From: Toensbergia leucococca
Lineage: Eukaryota
Length of the DNA: 41,226 bases
Direction: 5' to 3'
NCBI GenBank assembly: GCA_022813965.1
Contig: JALDZS010000031.1
Coordinates: forward strand, 124,001 to 165,226
The notes beneath the pieces were generated by a model, which worked only from the letters and a program-made list of their open reading frames with translations, had not been told where the DNA came from and ran no database searches. Positions 36,355-41,226 of the stretch are shown piece by piece. Both the position numbers and the translations under genes were made by a program. The first letter of the stretch is position 1. Every line of letters starts with the position of its first letter.

Positions 36355-39300
36355 ATGGCTTCAACGGGTCCTGAAACCTTTGCGCCGGTCCTTGCAGCTT
36401 TGACTACAATGCAAAGCAACGTCGACCGCTCTCAGAAGTCACAAGCCCATGAGTATCTGGAAAAGTTCCAGAAGTCTGTAGGTACACTGAAGACCTGGGG
36501 TAGTTCTACAATATATTCTAATCACTTTGGAGTGTAGCCCGAAGCTTGGACTACGACACACTCGATTCTATCATCATCTCCAGCTACGGCTGAGGCGAAG
36601 TTGTTTGCGGCAACGACACTGAAGGGCAAGGTATGAGAACTGATAATCATCCAAATCACTGTGCTTATGAGTTTAGATTACATATGATCTAGATCAACTT
36701 CCTCGACAGTCTCTACCAGCACTACGCAGTTCTCTGCTTACTCTTCTGAGTACCTTTAAAGATGGGCCGAGACCTATTCGAACACAACTGTGCGTTTGTC
36801 TAGCAAATTTAGCAATTCAGATGACAGAATGGAAAAATGTGCTCCAGCTCGTAGGCTCGACACTCGGAAATAGTGCTGGAGATTGCGTTCTGGAATTTCT
36901 CAGGGTTTTGCCAGAAGAAGTCACCGAGGGTCGAAAGATCAACCTGACAGTATGTGGAGTCGAAATACCATCAGCTTACAGGCATTCACAAACGCTGTTG
37001 CCGGCAAGAGAAATCAGTATCTAATGCATCGGAATGTTACTAGGAAGAAGAGCTCATCAATCGGACCAAGGAGCTCTTAGAAGATAACGCAGCTCAGGTA
37101 CTACGACTCCTTGTCCAGTACTCTCAATCATCTGGTGGGATATATAATCTAGATGTCGCTAGCCTTTGCGTCGCTGACTTTCCTACAGTTACGGCGGCAT
37201 CAAATCCGCATTTATTGGAGTGCATTTCTTCATGGCTTCGTGAGATACCAGCTGCTGACGTTGTCAATTCTCCTCTTTTTGATGCTATTGTCAACGCTCT
37301 CTCTGTAGATGCTTCGTTCGAAGCTGCAGTGGAGTGCATGTGTACGATTTATAGAGACACAAGGGACGTCGACGAATCCATTGAAGTTATCCAGATAATT
37401 TATCCGCGCATTATCTCACTAAGGCCCAAAATAGCTGAAGCCGCCCAGTCAGGAGACATGGAAACCTTTAAGGGAATCACGAGGCTATTCGCGGAGGCTG
37501 GTGAAGCTTGGATTGTTTTGATTGCTAGGTTACCAGCCGAATTTCGAGGACTTGTCGAAGCGGTACTAGAATGCTGCGCTAGGGACCAGGACCGCGATGC
37601 CATTTCACTGACCTTTCTCTTTTGGTTCGAATTCAAGCAAATGGTCGTGCTCGACAAGTACGCACAAGCACGCAACCAATACAGTGACGTCTTTGCAAAA
37701 CTAGTTGATATCATGGTTAAGCACTTGGAATTTCCAACGCCGGAAAGTGGAGACGAAAAGGATCTATTTGACGGAGACCGGGAGCAGGAAGAAAAGTTCC
37801 GAGAATTTCGGCACCAAATGGGAGACGTCTTGAAAGATTGCTGCGCAGTCATTACAGTTACGGAATGTCTGGGTAAGGCATTCCACCTCATTCAGGGATG
37901 GATCTCGAAATGGGGATCACAAGTGACGGCTAATAAAGTGCCTCATTGGCAGGAGCTTGAAGCTCCATTGTTCAGTATGCGGGCAATGGGTCGGATGGTG
38001 TCGCCCGAAGAGAGTATTGTCATGCCCCAGGTGATACCGCTCATCGTACAAATCCCGGATCACGAGAAGTTACGGTTTCAAGCCATTATGGCTTTAGGGA
38101 GATATACGCAATGGACAGCACAACATCCAGATTTCCTCCAACCACAACTAAACTTCGTCATTGCTGGATTCAATCATGAGGCAAATGAGGTTGTCAGGGC
38201 TGCAGCACTCGCATTCAGGTTCTTCGGCACAGACTGCAGATCACTTTTGCGAGATAATGTTACACAGCTGCACGGATTCTACGACGCTGTGCTAGATAAG
38301 CTGCCATCACCAAGTCAAGAGGAGATTACCGAAGGAGTGGCATGTGTCGTCTCAGCCCAGCCACTCGACAAGATCTACCCCATGTTTAAATTGTACTGTG
38401 ATCCCATAATCAGGAGACTTATGTCCCGCGCCAACGAAGCAAAGACAGGCCAGGATGAGAGCGGCAGATATGCCGTGGCAGGTAAGGAGCCAGAGTCCCA
38501 AGGTCTTAGTCTCCCGAGACTTATTGACGGGGCTATAGATTACTTGCAACTCCTAACAATCTTCATTCAAAACATCCAACCCTACGTTGCACCCACTGAG
38601 CCAAACCCGGCAGTGAAGTACTGTCAGGAGATTCTCCCTGTAATGTCTGCCATTGCCGAAAATTTCACAAATTCTACAGCTATTCTCGAGAGGGTCTGCC
38701 GTTGTTGGCGGTACATGGTCCTTTCCTACCGCACAGCAATACTCCCACTCTTACCTACACTTGCTCAACAGCTTGCCTCTGGCTTCGAAAACTCGCGCCA
38801 GGGATGCTTTCTATGGGCAACAGATTCTGTCCTCCGCGAGTTTGCTGTAGGCGCAGAATTCGTCGATCCTGCCACTTCCCAAGCCATCTACAATTTCTTC
38901 GAGCAGCAAGCTCTTGCGTTTCTTCGAATCATGAACGACCTACCTCCTGAAGATCTTCCAGATGGTAAACCTCCAATGTCCATCCTTACATGAGCAACTT
39001 CTCAAGCTAATGGATCTGTGATGCAGTCATTGAAGATTTCTTCCGATTGCTAATCGACGCTTTAATCTACTACCACCAGCAACTCATCCCCGCCCCCGTC
39101 TGCTCCCATATCTTCTCATCCTCCATTAGTGCCCTGACACTTCAGCAAGACGCTCCCCTCATTGCTACCCTTCACTTCCTACGCGACTTCCTAAGTTACG
39201 GCACCGATCATCCCAACTCCTCCTCTTTCGAAGACGATCTCTCTAATTCTCCAGCTCGTAATCCTCCGCACATTCAACAAGCAGTCAAGCAGCTAGTCAC

Positions 39301-39717
39301 CTCGCAAGGCGAAACCCTCGTCCAGCGTATCATGACCGGAATGATGTTTCACTTCCCGCGCGACTGCTTCTCGGATGCTTCAGGTGTACTCCTCGCCCTT
39401 TTCGAGATATTACCCCAGCAAGTCGCGCTCTGGGTCAAAGGCACGTTAGGTATGCTACCTGCCGGTACCATCAAATCGGGTGAGGGAGATCGCTTGATCA
39501 ATGCTATTGCACAGAAGATCCAGGCGGGAGAGATGCGCAAGATTAGGGTTTTGTTGCAGGGTGAGTTTTGGGGAAAATCCTTTGCTTTTGGCAAGCTTTA
39601 GTTTGCTTACTTGCGGCTGTGTGTCTAGATTTCACGAACTCCTATCGCCGAAGAAACGTTGCGCCTAGAGATGGTCTGGGTCGTTTGGAGGCGACGAGGT
39701 TCCGTTTCAATGGCTAG
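36355..39717 (+). CDS. MTR10: Importin-beta family Mtr10 / transportin-SR, multi-exon
   Basis: AHEYLEKFQKS, LFAATTLKGKITYDL, LEFLRVLPEE, FREFRHQMGDVLKDCC, WQELEAPLFSMRAMG and terminal DFTNSYRRRNVAPRDGLGRLEATRFRFNG*. Confidence 0.93.
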
Positions 39718-40716
39718 AAGGGGGGTGATGGGGTTGCATTGTTCTACGTGTAGCTTCCTCGTGTATGAATTCAATAACGATCCCAATGCAGCGTGCTCCA
39801 TATCTTTCCCAGTCTGCCCCCATGGCTGAAAGGCAAGACTTTTGCTACTTATGGTGTCCACAGCAGGGGATTGGAGAGAGAGAGGGAAATGGGTATTTCG
39901 GAGATGGTTACCTCCTTTCTCTTTTCCTTCTTTCATGATTGCATGCGTTTATGTGTGATGATGTCCTTTCTCGATCCTTTTCGGAGGGTCCAATGCATGT
40001 ACGTGTGATGGTAGGAGATGATACCATTTTGTGAGAACTTGTAGACGGATGGGATTTGCTGTGCGTAGACGTGGTAGAGATATTTTAAAGATGATTTATT
40101 GAGAATCTTAGGAGTGGATTCCATTCAAAGGAGGTCTCGATACACTCACGCTGCCCCATTCCCATTTCCCACGTCCCATTTCCCACGTCCCATTCTCCCA
40201 CAGGCCGCGGGCATTCATATGGTCAAATCAAATGGGGTGATGGTTCTGCTGCATTTTGTGCTAGCATCATTTCTGGGACTTTGCATGTTGTTTTCTGGTT
40301 GCATCCCGAAATGCAAAGGCTTTTTTTATGCCTTGTTTCGTTCATTGTGTCTGGTTTTTTTCTTTGCCTTTTTGTCTGGCTTTGTTGGGTTTTGCTTGTT
40401 TGGGGGACGAGTGGGGAGGGGGAGGGTGGTTTGTGGGGCTTGGAGGGGGGAGGTGAGAGGGGGAGGAGGTGAAAGGGGGATTGGGATTGTGTGAGAGGTG
40501 AGGGCCAGGCTTGGGGGGGTTTAATGTGTCGATTTATGTCCAAGTCCCCAATGTTTGTACCAAAGACCCTCTCCCCAAAAAAACCACCGAATGCAATTCG
40601 CAAACAACAACCCATTACCAAAAGATCTGATTGCTTTCGATAGGATTCATCAAAATTCTTCTTCGGCAAGATCTTGCACCAATCATCACCCACAGATTAG
40701 ATAGAACCCTTCTCCA

Positions 40717-41226
40717 CTACCTCGAATAGATAGCCACATATAGCTGCGCCGCACTGATAGCAGCGGGAAGCCACACAGCCACCGCAATCGAGGTGGTCCC
40801 TTTCGGCAAAAGACTAATCTCAGCACTATTGCAATCACTGCAATCATCCGTGCCATTAGCAAGAACAACGCTGTAACTATAAAACACAAACCGTCAGCCG
40901 CCAGATTTCCAAAAAAAAAAACACAAACAGTCAAAAAATCCAAACAGCAACATTCAAAAAAAAAAAAAACGCACAAAGTAGGCCCATCCACCGCATCAAC
41001 TATCGAAGTCGCCCCCAAAGCCTCCAGCACCATCCTCTCCGCAAATACACTCGTCGTGTTATCCTCCGCCCGCACCAGCGTCGCCACCAGGCTGACCCCG
41101 TCCGTTTTCTCCCGCTGGGTAGGGGTCAAGACATGATTGGCATAATAAGCTGCCGGGACCCCGCCAAATTGCCTCTGCTGCACGAGACGGAAATTCAGCT
41201 GGCTGACGCAACAAGCCGCGAACGGC
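40717..41226 (-). CDS. 3' end of an unidentified gene entering from beyond the window
   Basis: An open frame (..AACCVSQLNFRLVQQRQFGGVPAAYY..DGPT) is followed by an intron 40974-40877 (GTGCGT..GCTGAC..TAG) and a last exon FYSVVLANGTDDCSDCNSAEISLLPKG..YVAIYSR*. Confidence 0.55.

Overview
Eukaryotic DNA from a filamentous ascomycete (Pezizomycotina-type spliceosomal introns). Most of the window is ordinary housekeeping genes: HAUS6, an HD-domain nucleotidase, BUD32, Usp107/RBM25, MRP21, a beta-carbonic anhydrase, ROT1, FAU1 and MTR10. It also holds a DUF6601-like gene head-to-head with a SesB-like hydrolase-NACHT (NLR-like) gene, and a ~6 kb decayed island containing a Ty3/gypsy RT-connection/RNase H relic. 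The stand-out is a compact fungal RiPP (dikaritin-type) cluster at 3345-8449. Two UstYa/DUF3328 oxidase genes, each with twin HxxHC motifs, flank a spliced, secreted Kex2-repeat precursor (5599-6257, 144 aa) that the ORF track misses. The precursor carries six identical copies of DVQGWDDDQNKIYS, a core I do not recognise from known dikaritins. All gene models were assembled by eye and family calls come from recalled motifs, not database searches.
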